DNA of 64,000 bases from NCBI GenBank assembly GCA_036511815.1, contig DATCBP010000023.1:4001-68000 (forward strand), in the 5' to 3' direction. This document shows positions 1 to 8,248 of this stretch, in pieces. The DNA comes from Gaiellaceae bacterium. GTDB lineage: Bacteria > Actinomycetota > Thermoleophilia > Gaiellales > Gaiellaceae. Both the position numbers and the translations under genes were made by a program. Within the stretch, counting starts at the first letter, position 1. Each line of letters begins with the position of its first letter. The notes below the pieces were generated by a model. The model did no database searches, was not told the DNA's origin, and was given only the letters and a program-made list of their open reading frames with translations.

Positions 1-1413
1 GATGTCGAGGACGCCCGTCAGAGAGTGGTCGTTCGCGTTGCCCTCGGGCTCGGCGATGCGGCCGCCGACGACGATCGGGCTGTTCCAGTGGCCGCCGCCG
101 GCCGAAAGTGTCGTCACGACCTTGCCCGTCGCCGGCATGTACACGTTCAGGCCGCCGCCCGGCGAGTAGACGTAGAGGAGCCCGCCCGCGACGACCGGGC
201 TCGTCCCTCCCGTGCCGTTGCTCCACGCCCTCCTCAGGCGGCCGTTGCTGAAGCGCCAGGCGGCGGTTCCGCCGTTGTCCGCCGCGATCATCCACGTCGT
301 CTTACCCTGGTGCCAGACCGCGGGCGCCGTGAACAGATCGGTGCCGGACGGGGTCGAAACCGTCTGCGCCTCGCCGCCGAGATGCGGCGCCGTCCCGCGC
401 ATGCGCGCGACGCTCAGCACCCGGATCTTCCCGTCCTTGCCGCCCTGGGCGAGATAGTTCTCGCTCAACAGCACCGGCGAGGTCGAGCCGACGTCGAGGT
501 CGTCGGTGTTCAGCTCAGCGGTGTTGGACGGCGTGTAGTTCCCAAGCAGCTTCGTCGCGTCGGGCGAGAGTCGCAGCGCGGCGTCGCCCCAGTTCGTGTG
601 CCCGTCCCACACCGCGTTGCCCGTCGCGGTGAGGATGTCGCCGTTCGCCGGGTCGATCACCGCGCCGGCCCGCCCGAACATCGCCGAGTCGCTGGCCGGA
701 CAGGTCGAGGGAACGATCAAACCCGTCCTGTTCGAGCAGAGCGAGTTCCACACGTGCAGCAGCTGCCCATTCGCTGCGTCGATCACCGCGACGTGTCCCT
801 GGTACGGCGGCGCGTCGCCGATATAGCCCCCGGTCACGGCGATCACATGGCCGTTGTAGTAGTTCAGCGACGCCGCCATCTTCTCCCGCGACGGGAGCAG
901 CGTGATCGACACGCCCCACGCGGAGTGGCCGTCGGCGACCGCCAGCTTGTAGATGAGGCCGCCCGGCGAGGCGGCGTAGATCCACTTCCGGCCCGGGTCG
1001 GCGACCGGCGTCGACGTCGTGATCTGCGCGCTGCCGGCCCACGAGGCGTACCCGGGCGGCGTGAACCGCCAGAGCAGTGCGCCGCTCGTCGCGTCGATCG
1101 CCTCGGTCTTGCCGTACGTCGTGGTCACGAAGAAGACATCGTGCGCAGCACCGTTGATCTGGACGTCGTGCAGGTAGATCGCCGAGGAGTCGACGGTGCC
1201 GTCGAGCTGTACCTGCCGGCGCACGAGGGAGCCGACGTTCGCCGCGGTGATGCCTGTCGCGAACGGCGGCGCGCTGCTGCGCTGCACCGACCAGCCGAAG
1301 CGAGGCCAGTCGTTGCCCGTCGCGGTCACCGCCGGGCGGCCCGCCGCCCCGCCCGCCCACAGGCCGAAGAAGAGCGCGACGCTTGCCGCAGCGGCGAAAC
1401 GCTTGATCCCCAC
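1..1413 (-). CDS. secreted PQQ-like beta-propeller repeat protein (3' end runs off the window start)
   Basis: Own translation of the minus frame ending at nt 1; it is absent from the ORF track because no stop lies in the window. GTG at 1413 gives (M)GIKRFAAAASVALFFGLWAGG, a signal-like N-terminus. Repeated blade motifs follow (EAIDATSGALLWRF, VIDAANGQLLHVWN). GC3 bias is strong. Track ORFs 25..1977(+) and 515..1519(-) are Arg-rich shadows. Confidence 0.6.
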   Translation of the reverse strand, partial: MGIKRFAAAASVALFFGLWAGGAAGRPAVTATGNDWPRFGWSVQRSSAPPFATGITAANVGSLVRRQVQLDGTVDSSAIYLHDVQINGAAHDVFFVTTTYGKTEAIDATSGALLWRFTPPGYASWAGSAQITTSTPVADPGRKWIYAASPGGLIYKLAVADGHSAWGVSITLLPSREKMAASLNYYNGHVIAVTGGYIGDAPPYQGHVAVIDAANGQLLHVWNSLCSNRTGLIVPSTCPASDSAMFGRAGAVIDPANGDILTATGNAVWDGHTNWGDAALRLSPDATKLLGNYTPSNTAELNTDDLDVGSTSPVLLSENYLAQGGKDGKIRVLSVARMRGTAPHLGGEAQTVSTPSGTDLFTAPAVWHQGKTTWMIAADNGGTAAWRFSNGRLRRAWSNGTGGTSPVVAGGLLYVYSPGGGLNVYMPATGKVVTTLSAGGGHWNSPIVVGGRIAEPEGNANDHSLTGVLDI

Positions 1414-1448
1414 GAAAGCTATGACGCCCGCGCGCGGAAAAACCTTGC

Positions 1449-2111
1449 TCAACGGCGCAGTAAGACCCGGCGGAGCTCGTCCTCCTTGCCGGGCTCGAGG
1501 ATCGCGAGCACCTGGTCACCCACCTCGAGCGTCGTCGAGCCGACCGCGATCTCCGCGTGGCCCGCGCGCATCACCGAGATCAGTCGTGCACCCTCCGGCA
1601 GCTCGAGCCCCTCGACGCGCTTGCCGGCCGAGGGCGAGTCGCGATCGATCTTCACCTCGACGATCTCGAGGTTCTCCTTGCGCAGCTCGAGGAGATGGAT
1701 CAGGTCGTGCTCCGGCACCTCGTGCTCGACGAGCGCCATGATGCTCGACGTCGCGCAGATCGTCGGCGAGATGCCCAGCAGGTCGAAGTGCGCCTGGTTG
1801 CGGGGATCGTTGACGCGCGCGATCACCTGGGGCACGCCGTACTTCTCCTTCGCGAGCTGGCAGATGACCATGTTGTCCTCGTCGTCGCCGGTCAGCGCGA
1901 GCAGGATGTCCGGCGGCCGCGCGATGCCCGCACGCTCGAGCACGAAGACTTCGGTCGCGTCGCCGCGCTGCACCTGATGTTCGAACTCGTCCTCGAGGCG
2001 GTCGAAGCGGTCGCGGCGCTGCTCGATCAGCGTCACCTCGTGCCCGAGCCGCAGCAGCGAGCGCGCGACGTTCGCGCCGACCTTGCCGCCGCCCGCGACG
2101 ATCACGTACAT
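1449..2111 (-). CDS. trkA: TrkA/CeoB-like K+ transport regulatory protein (RCK N + C domains)
   Basis: MYVIVAGGGKVGANVARSL Rossmann GxGxxG motif, 220 aa with a C-terminal RCK_C-like part (IVEVKIDRDSPSAGKRVEGLELPEGARLISV). Confidence 0.85.
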   Translation of the reverse strand: MYVIVAGGGKVGANVARSLLRLGHEVTLIEQRRDRFDRLEDEFEHQVQRGDATEVFVLERAGIARPPDILLALTGDDEDNMVICQLAKEKYGVPQVIARVNDPRNQAHFDLLGISPTICATSSIMALVEHEVPEHDLIHLLELRKENLEIVEVKIDRDSPSAGKRVEGLELPEGARLISVMRAGHAEIAVGSTTLEVGDQVLAILEPGKEDELRRVLLRR

Positions 2112-2119
2112 GGGAACAC

Positions 2120-2548
2120 CTAGCTCGCGGCCTCTATGCGGGGCACATCGCAGGCGCGCACGGTCTCCATCAGCGTGTCGATCGACACCCGCGTCGGGCA
2201 GACGGTGCGCATGCCGCGGGCCGCGTAAAAGTCCGCCCGCGCCGGGTCGAGGATCCGCACGACGACGCAGTTGATGCCGAAGCGCTTCTGAGCGACCTGG
2301 CCGATGACGATGTTCGTATTGTCGCCGTCAGTGGCAACGACGACCGCGTCGGCGTCCTCGATCCCGGCCTCGCGCAGCAGATCGCTGTCCATGCCGTGGC
2401 CGACGACGAACGCGCCGGGCCAGTGCTCGCCGAGCCGGGAGAGCGCATCCTCGTTCTCGTCGACGACGGCCACGTCCCAGCCCTCCCCGTTGAGCTGGAG
2501 CGCGATCGTCGCGCCGACCCTTCCGCAGCCGATCACAAGTGCCTTCAT
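2120..2548 (-). CDS. TrkA-N (RCK N-terminal) domain protein, second TrkA/CeoC-like subunit
   Basis: Start moved to the ATG at 2548 (MKALVIGCGRVGATIALQL, GxGxxG). It lies 8 nt upstream of the other trkA gene. Confidence 0.8.
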   Translation of the reverse strand: MKALVIGCGRVGATIALQLNGEGWDVAVVDENEDALSRLGEHWPGAFVVGHGMDSDLLREAGIEDADAVVVATDGDNTNIVIGQVAQKRFGINCVVVRILDPARADFYAARGMRTVCPTRVSIDTLMETVRACDVPRIEAAS

Positions 2549-2573
2549 GCCACCTGCAGCGTAGCGCGACCGG

Positions 2574-4463
2574 TCACGCGAGGGACTCCTCCAGCACACC
2601 CTGAGGGAAGGCCACGATGAGCACCTCGGCAGTTGCCTTCCGGAGCACGTACTCGACGGTCGGCGAGAAGAATCGGGATTGGCGACGCCAGCGGGGGGAC
2701 GAGCCGAGCACGATCAGGTCGGCGTCCGTCTCCGCGGCGGCGTCCACGATCGCATCCCCGATTGAGCGTCCCCGCACGATGCGGCCCACGACCAGGACGC
2801 CGTTTGCGGCGCCGAGTGCCTGCGCCTCCGCGATCGAAGAGGTCGCCTGCGCCTCGATGTCCGGGAGCGGCGCGTGGAGCGGCAACTCGAGCGGCACCCT
2901 GATCACGAAGAGGGCCTCCACCGCTGCGTTGCGCTCCTGCGCGAGCGTGACGGCAATGGTGACCGTCTCTTCCCCGATCTGTCCGAGCTTCATCGGCACG
3001 AGGATCTTCGAGAACTCCGCCTCCGGCAGCTCCTGCTCACCCGCGGCGACAACTCGCGCGAGCAGGCCCTCGCCCCGACTGCGACGGACCAGCAGATAGA
3101 CCACGATGCCTCCGAGCAGCCACCCCGGACCGCCGTAGCGGGCGCCGACATGCGTCGCCATCGCCGCGACGAAGACAGCGGACGTCGCGAGCGCACCCAC
3201 CACCGACGGGAGCGGAATCGTCGCCCCGCGAACACCGATCCCGAGCGGCACGCGGAACGGCCGGCGCAGCTCCGGCTGCGTCACTCTCAGCCTGATCACG
3301 GCGAGTTGCGCTGCCGTGAACGCGAGGAGCACACCAAAGCTGAAGAGGCTGGCAAGGAACGTGATGCCGTGGCTCAGAAAGGACGTCCCGACGATCAGAC
3401 CGATCGCGATCACCGATGCGGAGACGACGGACGCCGGCGCGACGAGCGTGCGTCGGTGAAGGCGGCCGAAGGCGCGGGGAAGCTGGCCGTGTTCGCCGAG
3501 CGAATACGCGAGCCGGCCGAAGCCGGAGATCGAGGTCGTCGCCGCCGCGACCAGCACGAGCGCGCCGGTCAGGCCGACGTACACGCGCAGGACGCGGCCG
3601 AACCAGCCGGGGAGGTGCAGCTGGAGCGCCGCGACGATCCCCATGATCGGCGAGCGGAGCCACTCGGTGCCGAGCGCGGTCGTCCCATGCGGCGCCGGAA
3701 AGGCGGAGAGGCCGATGAGCGCGATCAGCACGTAGACGAGCACGACGCACCCGATCGCGCTGAAGAGGCTGCGCGGCAGGTCGCGGCCCGGCGCACGGAT
3801 CTCCTCGGCGTAATTCGCAACGGTCTCGAGCCCCGTGTAGGCAAGCATCGCGAGTGGCAGTGCGAAGGCAAGCTGGTGCCACGTCGGCGAGGTGCCGAGC
3901 GACAGGCCGCGCGTCAGCGCGCTGCTCGAGAACAGCAGCGCGAAACCGAGCACGACGAGCAGCGTCTGCGTGACGAGGTCGAGCAGCGGCACAGCGATCC
4001 CGAAGCTGTAGAGCCTCGTGCGGCGCGCCAGTCGCGAGAATCCGATCAAGACGATCAACACGCACGCCGCGATCACGTCGCCAGGGTGGTGTGCGATCGC
4101 TCCGATGCCGAGGGCGAGGCCGAGGTAGTGCGGGAAGAACAGCGCCGAGAGCGCGATCACGATGAGGTAGTCGAGAAAGAGCACCCAGCCGGTGAGGAAG
4201 CCGGCGAAGTCGTTGAACGCGACGCGGACGAACGTGGCGGCTCCTCCGGTCGCGTGAATCGCGGCAGTTCCTTCTGCATACGAGAGAGCGATAACGAGAA
4301 ACAACAAGCCGATGACGCCGAGCACGGCCGGCGTCAGGCCCAGTGCATGCAGCGCGATGATCCCGAGCGCGAAGTAGATCGACGAGGCGATCTCGCCGTA
4401 TGCGACGGAGGCAAGCGCAGGAGCGTCGAGGACCCGCTGCAGGCGTGGGAGCTTGCGCGCCAT
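2574..4463 (-). CDS. APC-superfamily permease fused to a C-terminal universal stress protein (USP) domain
   Basis: 629 aa. About 12 predicted hydrophobic helices (SVAYGEIASSIYFALG...), then a soluble tail (ILVPMKLGQIGEE...DADLIVLGSSPRW...VEYVLRKATAEVLIV) typical of the USP fold. Confidence 0.8.
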   Translation of the reverse strand: MARKLPRLQRVLDAPALASVAYGEIASSIYFALGIIALHALGLTPAVLGVIGLLFLVIALSYAEGTAAIHATGGAATFVRVAFNDFAGFLTGWVLFLDYLIVIALSALFFPHYLGLALGIGAIAHHPGDVIAACVLIVLIGFSRLARRTRLYSFGIAVPLLDLVTQTLLVVLGFALLFSSSALTRGLSLGTSPTWHQLAFALPLAMLAYTGLETVANYAEEIRAPGRDLPRSLFSAIGCVVLVYVLIALIGLSAFPAPHGTTALGTEWLRSPIMGIVAALQLHLPGWFGRVLRVYVGLTGALVLVAAATTSISGFGRLAYSLGEHGQLPRAFGRLHRRTLVAPASVVSASVIAIGLIVGTSFLSHGITFLASLFSFGVLLAFTAAQLAVIRLRVTQPELRRPFRVPLGIGVRGATIPLPSVVGALATSAVFVAAMATHVGARYGGPGWLLGGIVVYLLVRRSRGEGLLARVVAAGEQELPEAEFSKILVPMKLGQIGEETVTIAVTLAQERNAAVEALFVIRVPLELPLHAPLPDIEAQATSSIAEAQALGAANGVLVVGRIVRGRSIGDAIVDAAAETDADLIVLGSSPRWRRQSRFFSPTVEYVLRKATAEVLIVAFPQGVLEESLA

Positions 4464-4629
4464 GTCTAGCGCCCCTTCCAGTGATGCCGTCTAGCTTCTG
4501 GGGCGCGAGCACCAAGCGATGCAAGGACGCAGGGAGCGCTCGGAGCGGCTACTACGGGCGCGACCGGGGACGCGGCAGCGCGCAGCGTGATCGCGTTCCA
4601 GAAGCGGACATGTATCGCTGGAAGGAGCA

Positions 4630-4800
4630 CTAACGGCGCCGCAGGAGATAGAGGCGACCGGCGCCGAGCGCGACGAACAGGCCGCCGAAGAGATAACCGG
4701 CGCCCCCGCCGCGCGCGGACGTGCGGACGAGGATGGCCACACCGAGAGCGATCGCGAGCAGCCCGAAGATCAGCACCGAGCGGGTGTAGAGCATTCTCAT
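4630..4800 (-). CDS. 56-aa two-helix membrane peptide, translationally coupled to the upstream USP gene
   Basis: Own translation, below the track length cut-off: MRMLYTRSVLIFGLLAIALGVAILVRTSARGGGAGYLFGGLFVALGAGRLYLLRRR. Its ATG overlaps the USP stop (ATGA at 4797-4800). GC3 is high. Confidence 0.45.
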   Translation of the reverse strand: MRMLYTRSVLIFGLLAIALGVAILVRTSARGGGAGYLFGGLFVALGAGRLYLLRRR

Positions 4801-5378
4801 GCCGACCCGTGCGCTCCGTCCGCGACGGCGCTCGTGGTGGCCTCGGCTCCCTGCGCGCGTCCGCGGACTTCGAACCGACCGGCGTAGGGTCCCGTCGCGA
4901 TCATCACGCGACAGGGCGCATCCCGCAGGATCTGGAGGATCTCCTGCGGAAACGGGCGGCGGAAGCCGCTCCGCGAGGTGACCGGGGCGCCGACGACGAC
5001 GAGCTGGGCCCGGTGGTCACGCGCCACCTCGGCGAGCTCCCGGCCGAGGCCGCCGGCGCGGGTGCGGACGATCCGCCGTGTCGGCTTCACCCCGTACGAG
5101 TCGGCGATCGCGGCGGCGTGGTCGAGCCGCTTCTGGAGCGCGCGCGCCTCGGCGCCGAAATGGGCGTTGAGCGGCAACTCCACCTCGACGAGCAGCGGCG
5201 CGACGAGAACGACGCGGGCGCGGCTGTCGGCCGCGAGGCGGCAAGCGAGGTCGAGCGCATGCTCGGTCTCGTTCTGTCCGAGCAACGGCACGATGATGCT
5301 CCGGTAACCGACCGCAGCGGTCCTTCGCACCACGCGACGTACCCGGTGCTTGAAGGCTTTGAGGTCCGGACGCCTCAT
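4797..5378 (-). CDS. universal stress protein family protein
   Basis: 193 aa, SIIVPLLGQNETEHALDLA...AQLVVVGAP...ILRDAPCRVMI USP-like pattern. ATGA overlap with the upstream transporter stop (5375-5378). Confidence 0.75.
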   Translation of the reverse strand: MRRPDLKAFKHRVRRVVRRTAAVGYRSIIVPLLGQNETEHALDLACRLAADSRARVVLVAPLLVEVELPLNAHFGAEARALQKRLDHAAAIADSYGVKPTRRIVRTRAGGLGRELAEVARDHRAQLVVVGAPVTSRSGFRRPFPQEILQILRDAPCRVMIATGPYAGRFEVRGRAQGAEATTSAVADGAHGSA

Positions 5379-7642
5379 CGCAACAGCTGGTAGGGGACGC
5401 TCGCAAGGATCACGCGCGGTTCGAACAGGAGCAGCCGCTTGATGTAGAGCGCGCGCTGGTTGTGCAGGGCGCGCCGCAACCCTCGCGTTACGAGCTCCGG
5501 CATCAGGACGAGCACCACGGCGTCTTCGTCCACGGTGAGCGCGTGCAGGTAGCGGAGCAGCGGGCCGCCGATGTCGCGGTAGGGCGCCTCGTCCACCTCG
5601 AGCGGAATCCGCGGTGCGTGCGACGACCAGTCGACGTGAATGGCACGCGCCTCCTGAGAACTGAAGGCGAAGTGGACAGCGCGCGTATCGGCGACGTCAA
5701 GGGCTGTCGCGTAGTTGACCGCACGCATCGACGCGGCATTTACCCCGGACACGAGGACGCGCACCAGCAGCCGCTGCGGCGCGGCGCCGAGCCGCCCCCG
5801 CACCGTGGGCACGTCGGCGACGATCACACCCGGCTCCGACAGCAGCCGGAACTTGAGCGCGAGCTCACGCGCGTTCCGTGCCTGTGAGAGCAACGACTCC
5901 GACTCGAACAACTCGGGCAGGACCACCGTCACGAAGTCCGACTCCCCGCGCGGCAGACGCCAGACCTGCTCGAGCACGGCCTCGGCGAGCCCGAGTCCGC
6001 CGTCGAGCACCTCGAGCATCGGCTCCCCGCCGACGTGATGGAACCAGCGCGGCCGGATTCCCGGGTCGGAGCCGGGCAACGGCACGTGCAGCGCGCGGAA
6101 GCCGGCGGGAGAGATCCCGCGTGCGAGCCACAGCGCCCGGTCGAGTGCCGGGTCGAGAGATTCCACGATCACGATCGTCGTGTTCCGGGCCGGCGGTGCT
6201 GCGACCACCGCCGCCGCGCCGGCCTCGAGCCGCCGTGCGACGCGCACGTAGTGGCGACGTACCCCGTAGAACCCCACGATCATCAGCGGGACCGCGACGA
6301 TCACCATCCATGCGCCTTCGGTGAACTTCGTGACCACGACGACAACCATCACGACGAACGTTGCGAGCGCGCCGACCCCGTTGATCGGGGCGCGCCAGCG
6401 CCAGCCGTCCCCGTGCGTACGCAGCCAGTAGCGGACCATCCCCGCCTGCGAGAGCGTGAACGCGGTGAACACGCCGACGACGTAGAGGTGGATCAGGTTG
6501 TTGACGTTTGCGTGGTAGATCCAGATCAGGAGCGCAGCCGCGCCGGCGAGCACAACGACGCCGTTCGAGAAGACGAGCCGGTCGCCGAGGTTCGTGAACT
6601 GCCGCGCGATGAACCGGTCGTGGGCGAGGAGCGCCGACAGCCGGGGGAAGCCCTGGAACGATGTGTTCGCCGCGAGGATCAGCACGGCGAAGGTGAAGAT
6701 CTGGACCACCCAGAACATCCACGAAGCCGCGCTGCCGGCGGGGAAGACGGCACGCGCAACCTGCGAGACGACCGACACCGTGGAGCTCGGCCTTGCATGC
6801 GTACGCACTGCGAGGTACGAGACGCCGACGAACAGCGTGATCGCAACGAGCGCGAGCACCCCGAGCGTCCGCGCAGCATTCTTTGCCTGCGGATGCTTGA
6901 ACGCATTGACGCCGTTCGCGATCGCCTCGACTCCGGTCAGTGCGCTGGCGCCGGAAGCGAACGCCTTCAGCAGCAGGAAGATGCCGAGCGCTCCGGCTCC
7001 GGCTGCCAGCGGATGCGGGGTCACCGCCCGAGGGCAGGTCGAGGTGGCGCACTTGAAGACACCCGTCCCGACCGCAACGAGCATCGAGATGATGAACAGA
7101 TAGGTCGGGAACGCAAACGTGAAGCCGGATTCGCGCACGCCGCGCAGGTTCACGACGGTGATCAGCAGCACGGCCCCCAGCGAGAGCTCCGTGTTGTAGT
7201 GGTCGAGTGACGTCACCGCCGAGGTGATCGCGAGCACTCCGCTCGACACGGAGACGGCGACCGTGAGCACGTAATCGACGAGGAGCGCGGCCGCCGCGAC
7301 GAGGCTCGGCAACGTACCGAGATTCTCGCGGGCCACGATGTACGCGCCGCCCGACGTCTCGTACGCGCGCACCGTCTGGCGGTACGAGGCGATCACGATT
7401 GCCATGAGGACGGCGACCGCGATCGAAAGCGGCAGCGCTACGTGGAGCTCGGCGAGACCGGCGCCGAGCAGGACGACCATTGCCGCCTCCGTCGCATACG
7501 CGACGGACGAGATCGCGTCGGCCGCGAAGATCGGCAGAGCGAGCGGGATGGGGAGCAGCTCGTCTTCGAGCTGTCCGCTCGTCATAGGACGGCCGACGAA
7601 GACGCGCCGGGCCCGGCGCGGGGGCTGAAGCGCCTCGCTCAC
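5375..7642 (-). CDS. APC-superfamily transporter with a ~270-aa cytoplasmic C-terminal domain; KimA(YdaO)-like candidate K+ transporter
   Basis: 755 aa. The N-terminal pattern GRPMTSGQLEDELLPIPLALPIFAADAISSVAYATE...SYRQTVRAYETSGGAYIVARENLG...LLVDYVLTVAVSVSSG resembles, from memory, B. subtilis KimA. A long soluble tail follows the last helix. Confidence 0.65.
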   Translation of the reverse strand: MSEALQPPRRARRVFVGRPMTSGQLEDELLPIPLALPIFAADAISSVAYATEAAMVVLLGAGLAELHVALPLSIAVAVLMAIVIASYRQTVRAYETSGGAYIVARENLGTLPSLVAAAALLVDYVLTVAVSVSSGVLAITSAVTSLDHYNTELSLGAVLLITVVNLRGVRESGFTFAFPTYLFIISMLVAVGTGVFKCATSTCPRAVTPHPLAAGAGALGIFLLLKAFASGASALTGVEAIANGVNAFKHPQAKNAARTLGVLALVAITLFVGVSYLAVRTHARPSSTVSVVSQVARAVFPAGSAASWMFWVVQIFTFAVLILAANTSFQGFPRLSALLAHDRFIARQFTNLGDRLVFSNGVVVLAGAAALLIWIYHANVNNLIHLYVVGVFTAFTLSQAGMVRYWLRTHGDGWRWRAPINGVGALATFVVMVVVVVTKFTEGAWMVIVAVPLMIVGFYGVRRHYVRVARRLEAGAAAVVAAPPARNTTIVIVESLDPALDRALWLARGISPAGFRALHVPLPGSDPGIRPRWFHHVGGEPMLEVLDGGLGLAEAVLEQVWRLPRGESDFVTVVLPELFESESLLSQARNARELALKFRLLSEPGVIVADVPTVRGRLGAAPQRLLVRVLVSGVNAASMRAVNYATALDVADTRAVHFAFSSQEARAIHVDWSSHAPRIPLEVDEAPYRDIGGPLLRYLHALTVDEDAVVLVLMPELVTRGLRRALHNQRALYIKRLLLFEPRVILASVPYQLLR

Positions 7643-7693
7643 AGGCGAAGGCTCGTCGGCGAGCAGGGCCTCATGCCGCCCTACGGTAGAGGC

Positions 7694-8248
7694 TCAGTCG
7701 GCGGTATGCAGGTGAGCCGGCGGCTCGGGCGGCATCGGCTTGAGCACGAGCGTCTCGGTGGGCGCATGCGTGAGCAGCCAGGCCAGCTCCTTCTCGGTGA
7801 AGCCGCCGCGGCCGTCCGCAGGCGCCGGCGCGACGATCCGGTCGAACCGCTCGGCGTCCCACAGGCGCTTCACCGCGTGGGTGAGCGTACGTCCTTTTTC
7901 GATCCGCGCGTCCACCGCCACCCCGGCCCTGAGGGCCGCGTGCTCGACCGCCTCCAGGACGGGCATGGCGATCCTCACCTGGTCGCGCAGCGGCGAGTCC
8001 TCCGCGTAGCGCAGCGGCACGAGCAGCAGATATGCGGGCACGAGCACCGCCTCTTCTGCCCGGGCGATCCGGATCGACGCGTTGAGCACCGTCTCGTCCA
8101 GCGAGCCTGTGAACGGGACGAGGATGCGTCTCGCACCGGATCGGAGAGGCAACCGCGCCGGCGTGCGGCGGGCGCGCAGCAGCGCCAGGATGAACCCGGC
8201 CGCCAGAACGCCGAGCGCCGCGAGCAGCCCGATGTCGAGCTTGCTCAT
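7694..8248 (-). CDS. membrane-anchored USP-like protein (KdpQ-like position after the kdp genes)
   Basis: Start moved to the ATG at 8248 (MSKLDIGLLAALGVLAAGFILALL TM anchor). Its ATG overlaps the stop of the kdpD-N gene (ATGA). The soluble part, RILVPFTGSLDE...DRIVAPAP, is USP-like. Confidence 0.6.
   Translation of the reverse strand: MSKLDIGLLAALGVLAAGFILALLRARRTPARLPLRSGARRILVPFTGSLDETVLNASIRIARAEEAVLVPAYLLLVPLRYAEDSPLRDQVRIAMPVLEAVEHAALRAGVAVDARIEKGRTLTHAVKRLWDAERFDRIVAPAPADGRGGFTEKELAWLLTHAPTETLVLKPMPPEPPAHLHTAD

Noticed and set aside
25-1977. 650-aa plus-strand ORF, and the 334-aa minus-strand ORF at 515..1519, covering the first 1.4 kb
   Set aside because: Both are Arg/Pro/Ala-rich with no motifs. 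The third minus-strand frame, which has no stop in the window and so is missing from the track, gives a clean signal peptide plus beta-propeller repeats and strong GC3 bias. The listed ORFs are shadow frames.
4464-4629. Possible c-di-AMP (ydaO-type) or other riboswitch in the 166-nt leader of the APC::USP-trkA unit, and in other K+ gene leaders
   Set aside because: I could not recognise the conserved ydaO-yuaA core elements or a convincing pseudo-symmetric fold by eye. A covariance-model scan (Rfam RF00379) is needed before any claim is made.
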